The notes below the pieces were generated by a model, which did not search any database, was not told the origin of the DNA, and saw only the letters and a list, made by a program, of their open reading frames with translations. Positions 25,833 through 40,227 of a DNA stretch of 64,000 bases are shown piece by piece (positions within the stretch are counted from its first letter, which is position 1; each line of letters begins with the position of its first letter). The DNA comes from Chrysomallon squamiferum (taxonomy: Eukaryota > Animalia > Mollusca). A program made the position numbers and the translations under genes. Where the stretch lies: the NCBI GenBank assembly GCA_012295275.1, contig CM022672.1, positions 25,730,001-25,794,000 on the forward strand. The letters run 5' to 3'.

Positions 25833-26399
25833 GAAAAAGAACAAGAAGAAAGAAAATCCTGCTGTCATAGTATTGGACAATACATTTGTTTAATTTATAA
25901 ACACTTATTCTTATAAATTATTTTCAGATGTTGTTAACACAGTTATAAATGGATATTTAATCAAATTAATATCGATGTTCTGTCATCACAGAAACAATTA
26001 ACTGGAAAAAATATTACACAAATGTTTTCTCCAAATTAACGTCAGAAACCACAATTTCATCAACAGCAAATCATCATCAGGTGGTTTAAACTGTTTTGAA
26101 GAATACTGTGCTGATAGGCTGTGATTGTGGTACTACGGTTATGATCGCCAAACAAAAACATCTTTCATTTATTAAAACTATGTGACTTGAACTGTTCATG
26201 ACCCATGCTTGGATTTACAAAGCCTGCTGGACATTATTCCACATATTTCAGGAAAAAAACGAAAGAAAAAAAAAACATCAACGAGATCATATTTAGAGTT
26301 CTGACTTCTGCCTCCCCATAACATTACATTTTTTCAACACACAAAAAAATGGTGATCTACAAAAGACCAACACAAAGGAAAAAATACAGTCTTTAACAA

Positions 26400-26960
26400 A
26401 TCTTTTTTCGTACTTTCTTTTATATACGAAGTGTTCGTTTACAGAGTACACTGAGTTTTTTTAGTTCGCCTAATGTCCGAGGGGTGTGTGTGGTATACGT
26501 GTGGATGCATCATTCTAAATTTCGGTGCTGCATGCTCATATAAGCATTTCTGAATGCAGCCTGAAAACATATACACCTTTACACAAACACGGAATTCTCG
26601 AGTGAGCTTAGTGCTGGCTTTTTCGTCATCACCAGCGGCCAAACGTTTAGAATCTGGCTGTTTTATCGAGTTGAAATAACACAACAAGGAAACATCAAAA
26701 ACGCCGATATCACACACCACAAGCGTAACAAATTGATTTTTTGTGAGAATTATCGGTTAATTTCTCCTGTAATTTCCTAATTCTACCCGAGTGCTGTTAA
26801 GAGTGTTTTACGACAAAGGAGAGCTCTCGTCCATGTTGATTCGAGCAAACAATAAGAAGCGGGAAGGATGAAAGAGACTACTTTCCGTTTCCCATTCACT
26901 TTTCTTGTTCACAGCAAACCTCCTGATGTGTAGCATTCCCGAAGGTACCGATTTAATGTA
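26400..26960 (-). promoter_or_regulatory. Putative main promoter / 5' end at the CpG-poor to CpG-rich boundary
   Basis: CpG reappears abruptly here; YY1-like CAACATGG (26831-26838, minus) and E2F-like TTCCCGC (26859-26865, minus); weak candidate donor AAG|gtgtat near 26577. Confidence 0.45.
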
Positions 26961-28502
26961 CCAAACACATTTTTTTGCGCAGTGGACTGATATTTGAAGA
27001 AATTAATTCGTATGAAATCACTTCATAACATCAAATAATCCAAACAATGCAATAAAATACTGATCGATCACCATTTAACAACCAGATATTTTCTGTTTTG
27101 TTCTTGTTACTGTCAGTTCCAGATACCACGGAAGATATAACTTGAATAACCGCGACCGTCAGCACACGCATATAAATATCTGTTTACCATGAAGTTAAGA
27201 AATAATGATAATTTTTTTTCCCTTATATCTTCAAGAACAACGTGTAGTGTTAATTCTTCTACACTGATTTCTAAAGTCCTATTTTAAGCCCATTTTCTGT
27301 AACACTGTGTAACCCTACGCTATATAATGTTCTGAGATTTATCAGTCTTAGCTGCATCACATAATACCAATGAAGGTACGCAGTATCACCGAAAATTAAT
27401 TTCAAAAAGTGAATTCCTTTCCTTGCATACTTTAAACAAATCTAAAAAAAAAACCCCAGCTAAATGACCTTATATATCAGCTAATATTTTTATTTTTATT
27501 TTTATTTTATTATTTGTTATTTATTTCACAAACGATTGTACTTTATAAAAGATTGATATTTTAATATTTTTTTGGTGAGGGGTTTCTCTTAGTGTGGTTT
27601 CATGAAAAAAAAAGAAAAAGCTTCGGGCTCCAATTCAGTGGAAATTAAGTATTTCCAAAGTAATTTTATCTAACTAGAATTCATCTTGTATTTCGTAATC
27701 CATCTAAAGATTCCATCTCCTTTTCTCGGATCTTCACAAATGTGAGTTTTGCCAACCTATAGTTTCCCACAACTAGCTTGCCTTTGGCTTCTCTCTCTCC
27801 CCAGGGAATACCCAAGACAGTCGTACCACTGCTAAACCAACGCCTAAAGTGTGAAAGAAATGATATAATTACAATCGACGAGAACTGGTAGGAATGACGA
27901 CAACTTCCATTGGTTTAAACGCCAAGATCGTATCACCAGCATTACCGTTTGTGCTCAGTCATAAGAGTGACACATGCCAAAACGCCAGTGAATTGGTTTC
28001 CATGAACAGTTTGATTTTTTTCTCAGTAACTTTGCGCTGGAAACTGTGACATCGGTATGTAACATGGTCATCCATGCTGTGCTATAGAAGGGTAAAAAGA
28101 CCTCCCAAACTATCCAAATTGTCATTCTTTTTTATTCCAAATGACAGACAAACAAGTTCATTAAATAAATAATACGCAACAAGATATTTTCTGATATAAT
28201 GTTTCCGCATTTATTATTATTGTTATTGTTGTTGTTAATGATGATGTGATCATAGGTTTTAATGCAAATATCCAACCAGTGATGAAACTTGAATAAGGTT
28301 GAAATCTGGAATTATTTGTTAAATAAAGTTAAACTCAATATCGTGCTTTTGTTATGTTAAATTAGTAGTATGGTTTATTACTGAAGACCTCGCACATATA
28401 CAGACACAAAGGCAGACAGAGAGAAAAATATTTAAAAATTAAGGAGAACAATTATAAGATTATCTGGTGGTATTAGATGTTGAATCCATCACAATTTATT
28501 CA

Positions 28503-28660
28503 TTTTATTAAATCAGATTATAAGATTACATAAACAAAAATGACAACTGACTAAACAGTGATATTTTAATTTATTTAGATTTTATTAAAGCAGATTATAG
28601 GATTATTTAAACAAAAATGACAACTGACTAAACAGTGATATTTTAAATTATTTTGATTTT
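28503..28660. repeat. Tandem duplication, 2 x 77 bp
   Basis: ACAAAAATGACAACTGACTAAACAGTGATATTTTAA at 28534 and 28611. Confidence 0.9.
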
Positions 28661-31600
28661 AGTTCTACAAAATTCCAAAAGATGTCAGCATTTAGAACAG
28701 ATCTGATGTCATTAATAGTACTATTTTATTTTTTATTTTATTTTATTTTATTTATTTATTTTTTTTTTTTTTTTTTTTTTTTTTGTCCCCGATTTATTTC
28801 AATACTGATCATCGTTGCATGAACATTTATAACCCGTTTTATTTAATAACAAAAAATAAACAACTCTGTCCAGTGTTTGACACGTGTCGCCATGTTGCCA
28901 TGTTCCGATGCAAGTAATACCCTGGAGTGTTATCCTCCCTTAATGAGGAATGAAGAGTGTATCTAGTCTGTACAACAGGCGCTCCAGTATCCTTAGTGGC
29001 CACTTCTTCAACATGTTGCATTCATGCAAATATCTGACATCGTAGCCGTTAGCTACGATTTGATTTTACTGTTCCAGAAAATCGAAACAAAGTCTAATTC
29101 AAAGAACTGATTATCACTTTTCACCCCTCGAGCTGATCAGCAATAACGAACTGTTTAGTTTGTATACTTTTGTCGTCCGTTTTACGCAACAATAACGACA
29201 ATTACTACATCCGTGGCACGATGCTTTTTACAAACTAAGCCTTTGCCCAACACCCGTCTAAGTGTTATATATTAAAACTTGGAAATTCATTTACAGATGA
29301 GGTTACTGCAAATCCTCCGAAGAGCCTCTAATTACACATTGCTGTGGATAGCGGTCATCCAGGCCATAAAAGCTTTATTCATCTATCGCGCAGGCGATAA
29401 GGGGAAGGCTCAAAGACGTTATCCCAAAGACAACAGTATCGTATCTCCTCGGCTTCGTATCACCTTCCCATCCGAATGACAAGCGCGCTTGGTCATCATC
29501 GTTGTCTAGCAAATAGCCCATGACCGCGAAACCATCACTAGTATTTGTTTAAAATGTAATGTAGCGACGTGGCTCTGTAAGAAATCTTTAAGAATTGCAT
29601 CATCTTGGATTACCACATTTCAAAAACGACACTGTGGGACAAAATTAACTTTCCATTTTCAGTGCGACTTGTCTGAAATGAATGATTGTGAGGCGTTGAA
29701 AGAACATTAAAAATTAAACAGGCTGAATCGTCTTCAGTTAACACGGGAAAAAAAACCAATGACTAGAAAACGATAGTTTTATAGTTATTTACAAGACAGG
29801 TTTATTATCCAATTTAAAGATTAATTTTTCAAACACGCGTTAGGCTTAAACACTCTTGATTTATTAATTCGGTGATTTGACATATATCAACATTTGACAG
29901 TTCATTTTCTTTTACAGTTGTTGTATTTAAGATAATTATTTATTTTTTCTTTCTTGATGTTAATAATTTTGATAAAACGAAATTAAACTAAAATATATGA
30001 ATAAATAAATATCTGTTTTAATGAAATATAACCCACTTAAAGATAAAAATATATTAAAAGATGGCGGTGCAGCAGAAACAATACATGCCTGTACTCAGTG
30101 ACCTACGGCATGTTAAAGCTTATAAAGTGATTCAGCTTGTAACGCCTTTACAAACTCTTACATTGCACTTAGACTTTGCATATGAAAACCGTTTCGCATA
30201 TGTGTGTAAATAGGTTTAAACATCGGGATAGTTATTAGAAACTACATACCAAATTATACAGCTGTTAGATACTAAATTCAAAATTTTCTACCTCCATTAT
30301 TCTTATTTATTTTTCAGTTTTATAACACTGAATTAATTTTTAATCCATTTTGGAACATACGTATGTTATTGTTTATAATTACATATGAAGCAGTTTATTG
30401 TCAGAGAAAAACGTTATATATGACGTGTCTAACAATAATTGTAAACGTTTTAGAATAAAGCATAAAAACACATTTCTGGTGAGTTGTCTATGATGTCGAA
30501 TACATCATTGTTCCATTTTGAAACACGTGTATGTCTTTATTATACTTGACTTTTTTCAACCTTTGGATCATGTAGGAACAATTGGACTTTATGAAAATGT
30601 CCTCTTCCATGGTAAGACGAAGAACAGACAAAGAACACTGTGTGATGGAATCAATTTGATGATTTGACTTCGGAGTGAGCAATCGTTTGGGGTGATAGCT
30701 TTAAATTAATCCAATCAGCCCACAGCACAATCTATCTATTCATCTGTATTTCTGCTTCACGTCCTTCATCGGATTAACAGGGAAAACACCGTTAAAAGCA
30801 CAGCTAGTTGATAGGTTCGTCATGCCCCGGTGTGCATTTGAAAGGTCACAAAACGAGCGCAGCTGGCTATGTAAAGGATGACGAAACCGGAAGACAAAAG
30901 GGGAAAGGATTGACAATTTGTTCAAAATGATTTCGGATATCAGTGCATACGATAAAATATGTTTTCTATGTATTTTGTTTCTTGAAACTCGCCCAAATTA
31001 TTAAAATAATTCATCAATAATGTTAATAATAATATTTCTTGCAAAATTACATTATACTTTTTCTTTTGTATGATCCAGTCACATCCGGACCGTATATATA
31101 ACAACAAATCTCTAGTCTATAGCTCCAACCTTCACACACAAAAATATTCAGTTTATTTTCTCTGTATAGATATACTTATCTATAAAGCTAAGTAATCTAC
31201 AAATCATTAGGTATAACCTTTCATTTTCTCTGTCTCTTGTTACTTTCCTATGTAAATTTTTTCAGATTTATTGTTAGATGCTAATCTTTGTGGGCGATAC
31301 TAATTAAAAAAATTAACCAAGCGAAGTTCCTTCATGTAAAACGGAAAGTTTTCAAACTTACATCAAAGCTATATCGTTGTACCTATATCCGGCCAAAGGT
31401 TTTGATAATGTAGACATAAAAGACGTTCGGAGGTCGGCATCCTTTAACATTTTTCCTCTTGCTGTTCATACTAGGCAGGTGCTAACGCCTTTGATCACAT
31501 TCCTGATCGTTAAATGAAAGCAAGGACGAGATTCAGTTATGAATGAAACTAGTAAGAAAAGTAAAATTTACTGCAAATTAGAACTGTTAATTAAAAACGG

Positions 31601-32650
31601 TTCAAGAAATCACACATATATTGGGCATCTGAAAACCATTTCATGAAATCTTTTAATAAGACGTCAAAGCATTCTGATTTAAAGTGGGCAATCATTTATA
31701 AAGAAATGACAATGGTGATATGCTAATATACATTAGATATGTAACAGGGTATAATAAACAGTTTGCAAACATCACGACAAAACTGGCACCATTATTCTTT
31801 TTAGAACATTTGACTAAACACGTATGTAATGTATTTGATATCAAACTTGTTTTACGACTTTGTTATGAAACATTTTTCCACTTAAGAAAACATTCTTTAT
31901 TTTATTAAAATATTACGGATTCTCTTTATCCAGCCTGTCTATTCCAAGCAGATTATGTTCTCAAAATGACTAAATCGTACGTAACAGTAGCTTTAACACG
32001 CTCCGGCAAATGTTCATCAAAGCTCCTTTTCCTGTCTACAGCATATAGATGCACAGATAACAGCGGCCTGGACCCTCAGAGCCACAATCCATAATTCATT
32101 GTGACAAGCCTTGACACTTTTCCATAATAAATTACTATTTCGGAGAAAGAAGTAAATTTGTGGAGTCCATCTCGGCGAGAGCTGAGTAAAATAAACATGA
32201 CAAATACATCATTCCCAGTGGGTGCCAACAGACGTGACGATTTATGTCCGCTCTGTCTGAATCGACTGACTTGTTGAAAAGAAACATTAAACTGACCACA
32301 TCGGGCTGCTTGAAGATTCATCATCGTGAATACTGTACTTGGTTCTATAACAGAACCCAGCGCTGATTTTCAAGGTGTGAAGCAACTGACGGCTCGGACT
32401 AACAAAAACAGGGGTATCGCAAAAATAAATCTGAATTGGAAGGCAATGCCCGAAATAATCTCGCAACGTATCTTTTAGTTGATAATGATGGTTAATTATT
32501 TTCCTTACTGACAACAGTGTTTTCAAATTAGTACCTTGCTGGTACATCCACGGCTTTGATTTAATCTTGTACTATTGTTTATTCTAGGGAACAGATACCA
32601 TGCTTCAATCTAAAAATGATTCCATCTCTTGAAATATTTAAGTTAATTTC

Positions 32651-32805
<155 letters not shown>

Positions 32806-34312
32806 CGAATCTCTATGTTTATGTGTTCTTAATGTATATGACAAAAAGAACAACAAAATATGGTATCAAGGTTTTAAAAAAGTAAATAAATTACCAGACA
32901 CACATGGTAAAACATGGTCGTAAAAGCCATCGAAACAAGATGAGTGACAATTGAAATGTTACAGGAAATATACTGCTTCGTTTCGTTCCGGTTTTTACCA
33001 GTGAACGAGTAAAATTGTACTCTGTCAAAAATATCAACCAAGTGACCGATCACCAATGTGCTGAAGTCATTACAATCTGACCTAAACAGTAACTAACGAT
33101 ACGGAAACTATCACGCCGTCTTTCTACGTGACCAGCCGTAAAAAGACGACCATTTCAGTTGGTACCCTCGGGCTCAGCTTTTGAAAGTTTTATACCGTAG
33201 CCGTCCCAGATCATCAGAATTCAATTGATGTCATGTCCAAAGCTGTATTTTATTGAGATTTCACCTTTACACAGGACAATATTAGTTGTTATATAATTCA
33301 GTACAGCGCATGATTTATTTAAGTCATTACCTTTAGTTGTGAACACGACTGAGCTGAATTTATAATTTAGTATTGACCACAATTGCTATCAAAGTAAGAA
33401 ATAGTTCAGTCTACGTGGATATTCAGTGAAGGAGAAAAAAGACAGGTGTTATTGCTTTAAACAAAAGAAAAAACAGAACCAAGAAGTAAAAAGCTAGAAA
33501 ATAAATGACTTTAAAATAGTATTAAAAAAATATCGCTAGCCAAGAAATGTATCCATAAAGCAGTCAGTAAATTGGTAGGAATCTTCACTTTTTTTTTTTT
33601 TTTTTTTTTTTTTTACCATTTTAAATAACTAAAATATCTAAAAATAGACATTGTGGTTAATTACGATTTATGAATGTAAGTCTTTAAATATAGATTTGCT
33701 CAAAACATATATTGAAGGACAGCGAAGACGTAAGAGAAGAAATGGAATATACTCTGATAGTATGCACATTTCATATTACAGTGTTTGTTTAAACAAAAAA
33801 AAAGAACAATAATATCGTTATTTACATTAAACCATGGATATAATAATTTAGTGCTATGATCTGAAACTTCACTTAATATTTATCACATTCCAACAGTGTT
33901 CAAAAGAGTTCGTCAAAACGGGTTTATACGAGACCCTTCAACACATAATCCCTTTCTTAGATAATTCAAGCATTAAAACACATCTACGAAGAACAATAGG
34001 AAAACAACACACTAGTTAGCGAGTTACGATTCGCTGGTGTTGCTTAAAACAACACTGTTCTTATCGTGTTTGCTTCCCCACAGCGCTTTGCATCAGTCAC
34101 ACAAGACATCTGAAGTCCAGAACATTGAGTGCTTTGGCACTAAGCAAAGTGTCATGTTGAATAAACCAAGGTGTGCAAAATAAAGCAGCAAAACAGGGAA
34201 ATAATAAATGTAATTAATCTTTTGTTTCACTTCCATTTTTCTTTTTCTTTTTTTTAATTCTTATTATTGTATTATTGTTTAAAAAAATTGGTATGAATTT
34301 TATAATCGGTAC

Positions 34313-34680
34313 AAAAATAAAAATAATAATATACATTTAAGTATTTGTTATTTGATAACACTATTGACAATAAATCCATTTCCTGGTTCGTTCTCTCTCT
34401 CTCGGAGAATAATAATATATTTACCTTCATTGTATGTTATTGTTTCCGAAATCCTATTAATAGTAAAAACATTAACCAATCGTATGTGTTCCTAGGGACT
34501 CTTCATATCAAAAGAGCTAAGAAAAATATCTTTGGTTGAAAGATGTTTAAACTGTAAAAACCTCAGTGGATTGGATTGAAACAATATTTGACTGCAAACA
34601 AATATGTTGACAAACAAGTCAATATGACATCCGTGTCAACAACACAAATTCAAAATTCAAGAATCGAAACTACACTGATT

Positions 34681-34755
<75 letters not shown>
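34313..34755 (+). repeat. ~370 bp dispersed duplicate ending in (CT)n; copy 1
   Basis: Near-identical to 56613-57071; the two 64-aa ORF translations differ at only 3 residues. Confidence 0.95.
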
Positions 34756-34759
<4 letters not shown>

Positions 34760-35310
34760 ATTCAATATACATTTAATAAGTAATATTGTTATTATTATTT
34801 AACTTCCTATTTATTATTCAAAAGGTACTGATTTCATATAACTATTTCTAAAGATTTTAGATTTCGTACAGTTATTGCTAAGTTCTAACTTATTTTAAGG
34901 AAATATTTAAATTTTAATGGAAAAAAAATATTCTGAAAGTTAATTAAATAATAGTTAAAAATCTGTAAATATAAAATTAATGTTTGATAAGATTTATATT
35001 ATTATATTATGATTTATTCAAAACGTAATGTAACACTGAATTTTGACAGCTGAATATAATTATAATAATTAATAATAATAATTATTAAATTGGACAGTAA
35101 ATGTAATAAGCAAGTAAAATATTGTATTAAATCGTAAACTGTAAATCTCAAAGACAGAAATGACAGAGAAGAACAAGGCATCGTCTGTTTGTAAATATTC
35201 TCAGCCTGCTGCAGATGGCTGACATCTGCGAACGCCCGGCTTGAGTAAACGCATCTCCCTGGAAAACAACGCTAGGTGCGAGTAACAACATTCGTGTGTT
35301 TAAAACTTAC

Positions 35311-35496
35311 CTTATTGAAACAAACACTTCCAGTCGAATATTTGTTGAAGATTTCTACATCAGTATCTTTCGTAAAATCCGTAATAGAAATAAAAGTTCA
35401 ACACTAAATAACATCCGATTGCTTTCGTTGGAAACAAGCTACATACTCGTCTGCCTTCCGAGAGTTGAATGAGCCGCGTTAAGTGACGTCACGTCA
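35311..35496 (-). promoter_or_regulatory. Putative promoter with CRE and Inr, followed by a non-coding first exon (about 35470-35311)
   Basis: GTGACGTCAC palindrome at 35483-35492; Inr-like TCATTC at 35472-35467; perfect AAG|gtaagt donor at 35311/35310; CpG-rich surroundings. Confidence 0.5.
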
Positions 35497-37040
35497 GACG
35501 ACCCCTAGCGGATATAACAAAACACTCCAGCTGCAGTCCGCTCCGCGGTCTAAAAGGGACCCGCGTAAAATTCAGCGGGCTGTTACAGAAAGCTCTTTGT
35601 TCGGACAATTTCAAAAGAAAGATACTATCTCCAACGTTCTTCCTCGGCTTAACCAAAATAAATTTTAAAACAAAATTTAGAGAAATATTAATATATTGTT
35701 CTGATAAAGATTTTTTTCGCATGTACTTATTTCTTTTCTTTTCTTTTTACTTTTTACATTTATTTAGTTGTTTTTCTCTTTTTTTTTTTTATATATACCT
35801 GAGTAATGTGTTGACGATTAATGGATAATGTTAATTAGTGAAGCGTGAAGATGGGAACAGTTTTAGCCTCGGCTTGATTAACTTAACAGCCGTTTATTTC
35901 AATTTGTCACATCTAGCATGGACTTAGAAAAAATAAAAACACGACTAATGGATGGACTGAGAGATGAAGTGATAGATATATATTGAAGAAAACAGAGACA
36001 GAAAAGTGAAAGAATAATAGAAAGATTAACAGTTATAGACAGAGTGAAAAAGAATTAGAGTGTCTGTGAGTATGTGTGTGCACTCGAATCTATGTATATT
36101 AATTTTCACATGTTGTAATTAATGCGGATAACGTTATTACAAAAACAACAACAAAAAAAATAGATTTACACATAATATTTATGTGTATAATGAGAGTGAA
36201 AGAGACAGAGAAAGTTTATCATCATTATGATCATTTTTATTATTATTAAATAAATTAATATTCCCTTTGCTTCATTTAAAATCAGTTGAATAATCAGAGT
36301 GACAGCTGATATACAGTATTAAATTTTTAATTATTATTATCGTCATCGTCATTATCATCATTATTATTGTTATTATCATTATCGTCATCATTATCATCAT
36401 CAGCAGCAGAAGCAGCAGCATTATTATTATTAATATTATGAAAGTAAATAATTTTATGTTTCATTTCCATCATTTAAAATCATTTGTCCAGGTGGTTACA
36501 GTAACCTCTAAAATATTGTTAACTTGTCAAATTACAAATTGTGTAACCAACATGTATTCTATATCGTCAAACAAATACTGCGAAGATACAGACCCGAATA
36601 CTATAGGCCAACACTGGTATTCGCCTTTTGCAAATGAGTAATTCAAGGGAAGTAATCACAATGCTTGACTTGTTCGCGACTCTTTGTTTTGAAATGGCAT
36701 TAATTGGTTGATATGTACAAAATTTACATTGATGAAATAGATTGAAGATTGTTTTGACTTACTGACGAGATTGTTTTGACTTAATCAAAATTCAAATTGG
36801 CATGTTTGTAACCAGTTTAAAACTGAATTCAGTTGCTACTAGTTATCAAATGGTGTTTCAAAGTTACATAACGGTACAGAGAATAAACATTTATATTATT
36901 TAAAATTAATTTGTTTTTCTTTTGGGGAAAATAAGATTTCGATTATTATGCAGTCAGGAAGTACCATTTTTCACAATATAAAGTTACAAAAAAAGGTTAA
37001 TACAGCTATAGAAAAATTAAATTTTATGACGGCGGATTGA

Positions 37041-37094
37041 AGATTCGAACTCGCGACCTCTGATCCAATGTTGTGAGCATGGAGTTACACCTGC
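37041..37094 (-). mobile_element. Decayed tRNA-like / SINE-head fragment
   Basis: Minus strand reads GCAGGTGTAACTCC...GAGGTCGCGAGTTCGAATCT, a B-box/T-arm-like stretch with a tRNA-like 5' end; no complete cloverleaf. Confidence 0.45.
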
Positions 37095-39859
37095 TTTTCG
37101 CATTTATTTTGCCCTTGAAACGTTGACGCCGGATACGCGAACCTAATATGAGTCTAGGGAATTTGAAAACTTCTTCGACCGTTCGGAGCCTGCTGAGACT
37201 TTGCCCATAAACTTACTAAACTGGACAAAGTTAAATAAGGCTGCCGCAAATTACCAACAAATTAGCTGAGGTCAATTGGCAGGTTTTTATCGCGGAAAAT
37301 CGTACATCTTTCGTTGAGCTCACATTCGTGAGAATGGCCTGTTACCGACCTGACTTCTAAGGATTCATTTCGCGTTGCACTTTGACCAGCCAGACGAAAA
37401 TACCCGAGGGATTCCGAAGTACCCTCTGAAAGTGTGAATGATAAATTCTGTGAAATTTATAAATGTCAGAGCCTTGGTTTTAGATGTTTTCTTTCTTTCT
37501 TTTTTTTTCCTTTTTTCAGTCAGTTATTTTATTTTCCCACATATTTAAATCCACAAGTAATTTAAGACGATGGGAAACGAAACACAGATTTTATGTTTTC
37601 TTTATAGTTACTTAAAATTATTTTTAGTATTGTCATTACACAGTAATTATGTTCATAAATATTATCCAAGTACAGAATAATAATAATAATAACAACAACA
37701 AAAAATCATTATTTAACTGGAACAGAAAATCATAAATTATTTGACAAAACCAAGGTCAAGGCTAGCTCAACAGTAATCTAAATTTGGCGCTGGTGTTGAA
37801 TAGTTATCAAGCATGACATGATTTGATATTTTTAGAAGTTTTAGGAATTTTTTTTACCCTATTGCTAGTTTAATCGAGTGAATTTCTTAACACGAACGTA
37901 AGAAAAATTACAACCAATAAAATAAGCATGTCAACAAATATAATTATTATTTCACGGTAATGTCGTACTAGTTTAAATATGGTGTATTGCTGTTGATGAG
38001 AACGGATGACTGTTAATTATTTTATTAAAGAAAAATAACAGAAAAATTAATATTTATAATGTTATATATAATAAAATTAAAATTAAAACACACACACTTA
38101 CATTAGTTGATTTAAATACATTTTTATCCACCTATATTTTACTCATATTAACCTTGTGTTACTGAATATACACGAATAATTAAAACGAATGAAAAACACA
38201 CGTCTGTTTACAGATACAAATTGTACGCGGAATTTGTCCCCACCTAATTATCGGACATTCATTAACATTAACACGAAATCATAAACTGCATGTCTGTCAC
38301 GTGATTTCACGTTTGACGTCTAGACCGATGTTATTTCACACCACTGTTATCTCAGGATGTCGGTAAGTTATATCCCTTCGTATCTTCGTGTTTCGTGTCA
38401 GTAGGTATACAAAACATGCAGTAAGACAGAAATGACCACCGATACACTTGCTTGCAAGTTTACCAAGTGTGAAATTTATTGAGTTTAATGCGTCTACGTT
38501 TGATACGAAGCGCGAGCATCTTCGTGTCGTCTGCTCCTAGCAGACGAGAACATTGAGATGAATGGTACAAGCAGGTGGGTTTAGCAAAGGTCGACGCTTT
38601 CGCCGTCGTTTTTCATTTTTAATAGACCTTCCAGGGTCATTATTAATCTTTTTATTGACCATTACTGCACCGAAAGAAGAATTTAAGAAAGTTGATTGGT
38701 ATATATCCATAAACCTTTACAAATTTCCCCTTAAAAGAAGGCATTAGTGGTTACAGATATAGGTCAGTTGTTCCTTAAAATTACTAATACTTTAGATGTG
38801 CAAAGCTAAACTACATTAACATGTAAATATTTAAATATAATTTTAATAATAAAATTCTTAAATATGCAATCACTTGACCTGTACACCGCATTAAAGTATT
38901 TGTCAGGTGACTTCAGTGTTTTTTTTTTTTTTTTTTTTTTTATATTTAAAGTAAAGGCAAGTAAAAAAATAATGAAAATAATAAAAGGGCTTAGTATAAT
39001 AATACATTTTACTTGAATACAAATCACGATTAAAAAGAAATCTATAATATATAAGATACACTAGCCATACAAAACATACAACGTGTATTCTCTATATATG
39101 TAAGTGTGCGCACACATAATCTAGTGTGCATCGGCTTTTGCTGTTTGTTCTGTGGTCCTGAAACAACTTGCATGCTGTTAAAGGTAATTGATACGTTAGC
39201 GATGACCACCTGTTAGGTAAATTTGTTTTTCAAATTTGAACGAAATTCAAAAATCTTCAAGGGTCTTATAACTTAACCACGGGTACATAATCTTCTTTAC
39301 TAAAGGTAAGTACTAAATTTCCTACTAATTACAAAAACGAAACGCAAGGAAGAGCTGGACTGGGATTAAACATTCGATGAATCTGTTAGGTGGTGAACAG
39401 GTGTATGGTTAGAATACGATCTACTTACTGTGTGTTATAGCATATGGCAGTCGCGAGCCGAATATTTTTTCTTCTTTTATTTTTTGTGATAAGATATCCA
39501 TTATGTTTTGGCAGGCTTTGTTCCTATAGCTTAGGGTTTTGTAAAGCGCCTGGCGCGTTGACGAAATCTGATAATCATATCAAATCTTTATTCTACGAAG
39601 CCATTTCACACATCTGTCGAGACATCTCAAGCTTTCACTACTGACAGTTTCGCCCTTTCTTTTTCATTTTTTTTAGTAATAATAAAATGCGTTTAATGGA
39701 TTTGGAGATCTAAGGTCATAATCATCAGGTGACCGCAATTTGGTTTTTCAACCCACACTTTATATTGGTGTCTATTTCTGACATGAATTGACTCTTAAAA
39801 TTAATTAGCTGCCTTCTAAGCCATCACTGACACTGAACTTAAAAATATCTTTCACATAA

Positions 39860-39909
39860 TATTTTAGTCTGAGCAGTAGTGATGGTGATGATAAAGATGG
39901 TTCAATTTA

Positions 39910-39950
<41 letters not shown>
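39860..39950 (+). repeat. 57 bp unique segment plus (GA)n; copy 2
   Basis: Identical to 32651-32707. Confidence 0.92.
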
Positions 39951-39953
<3 letters not shown>

Positions 39954-40227
39954 AATGGTTAATGGAATGGTGATAGATTTTTACCCAGTTAAATTAATGA
40001 AGTTTCCAACTATTTATAATACATACATCAGTTTTAGATCGTTATCTTTTTCTTTTTTTTTCTTTTTTCTTTAATAGTTTTATTTTATTAATATATTACA
40101 GTTTTTATTTTGCTTCAAAAAAAAAAAAAAAAAAAAAAAACCCCAGATCACTAGATAAGAAAAATCATTAAAGACATCAAAGCTTTCCCCGTTCATCGAC
40201 TCACCACCGGTTGCAATACTGACTTAC

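Noticed and set aside
26439-26720. 93-aa ORF at the CpG boundary as a coding first exon
   Set aside because: Non-ATG start; its candidate donor is weak and phase 0, which fits none of the downstream acceptors in frame.
34345-34539. 64-aa ORF repeated at 56646-56840 as a possible gene pair
   Set aside because: TTG start; the similarity is explained by recent DNA duplication.
37030-37100. Functional tRNA gene
   Set aside because: D-arm, anticodon arm and acceptor stem cannot be paired.
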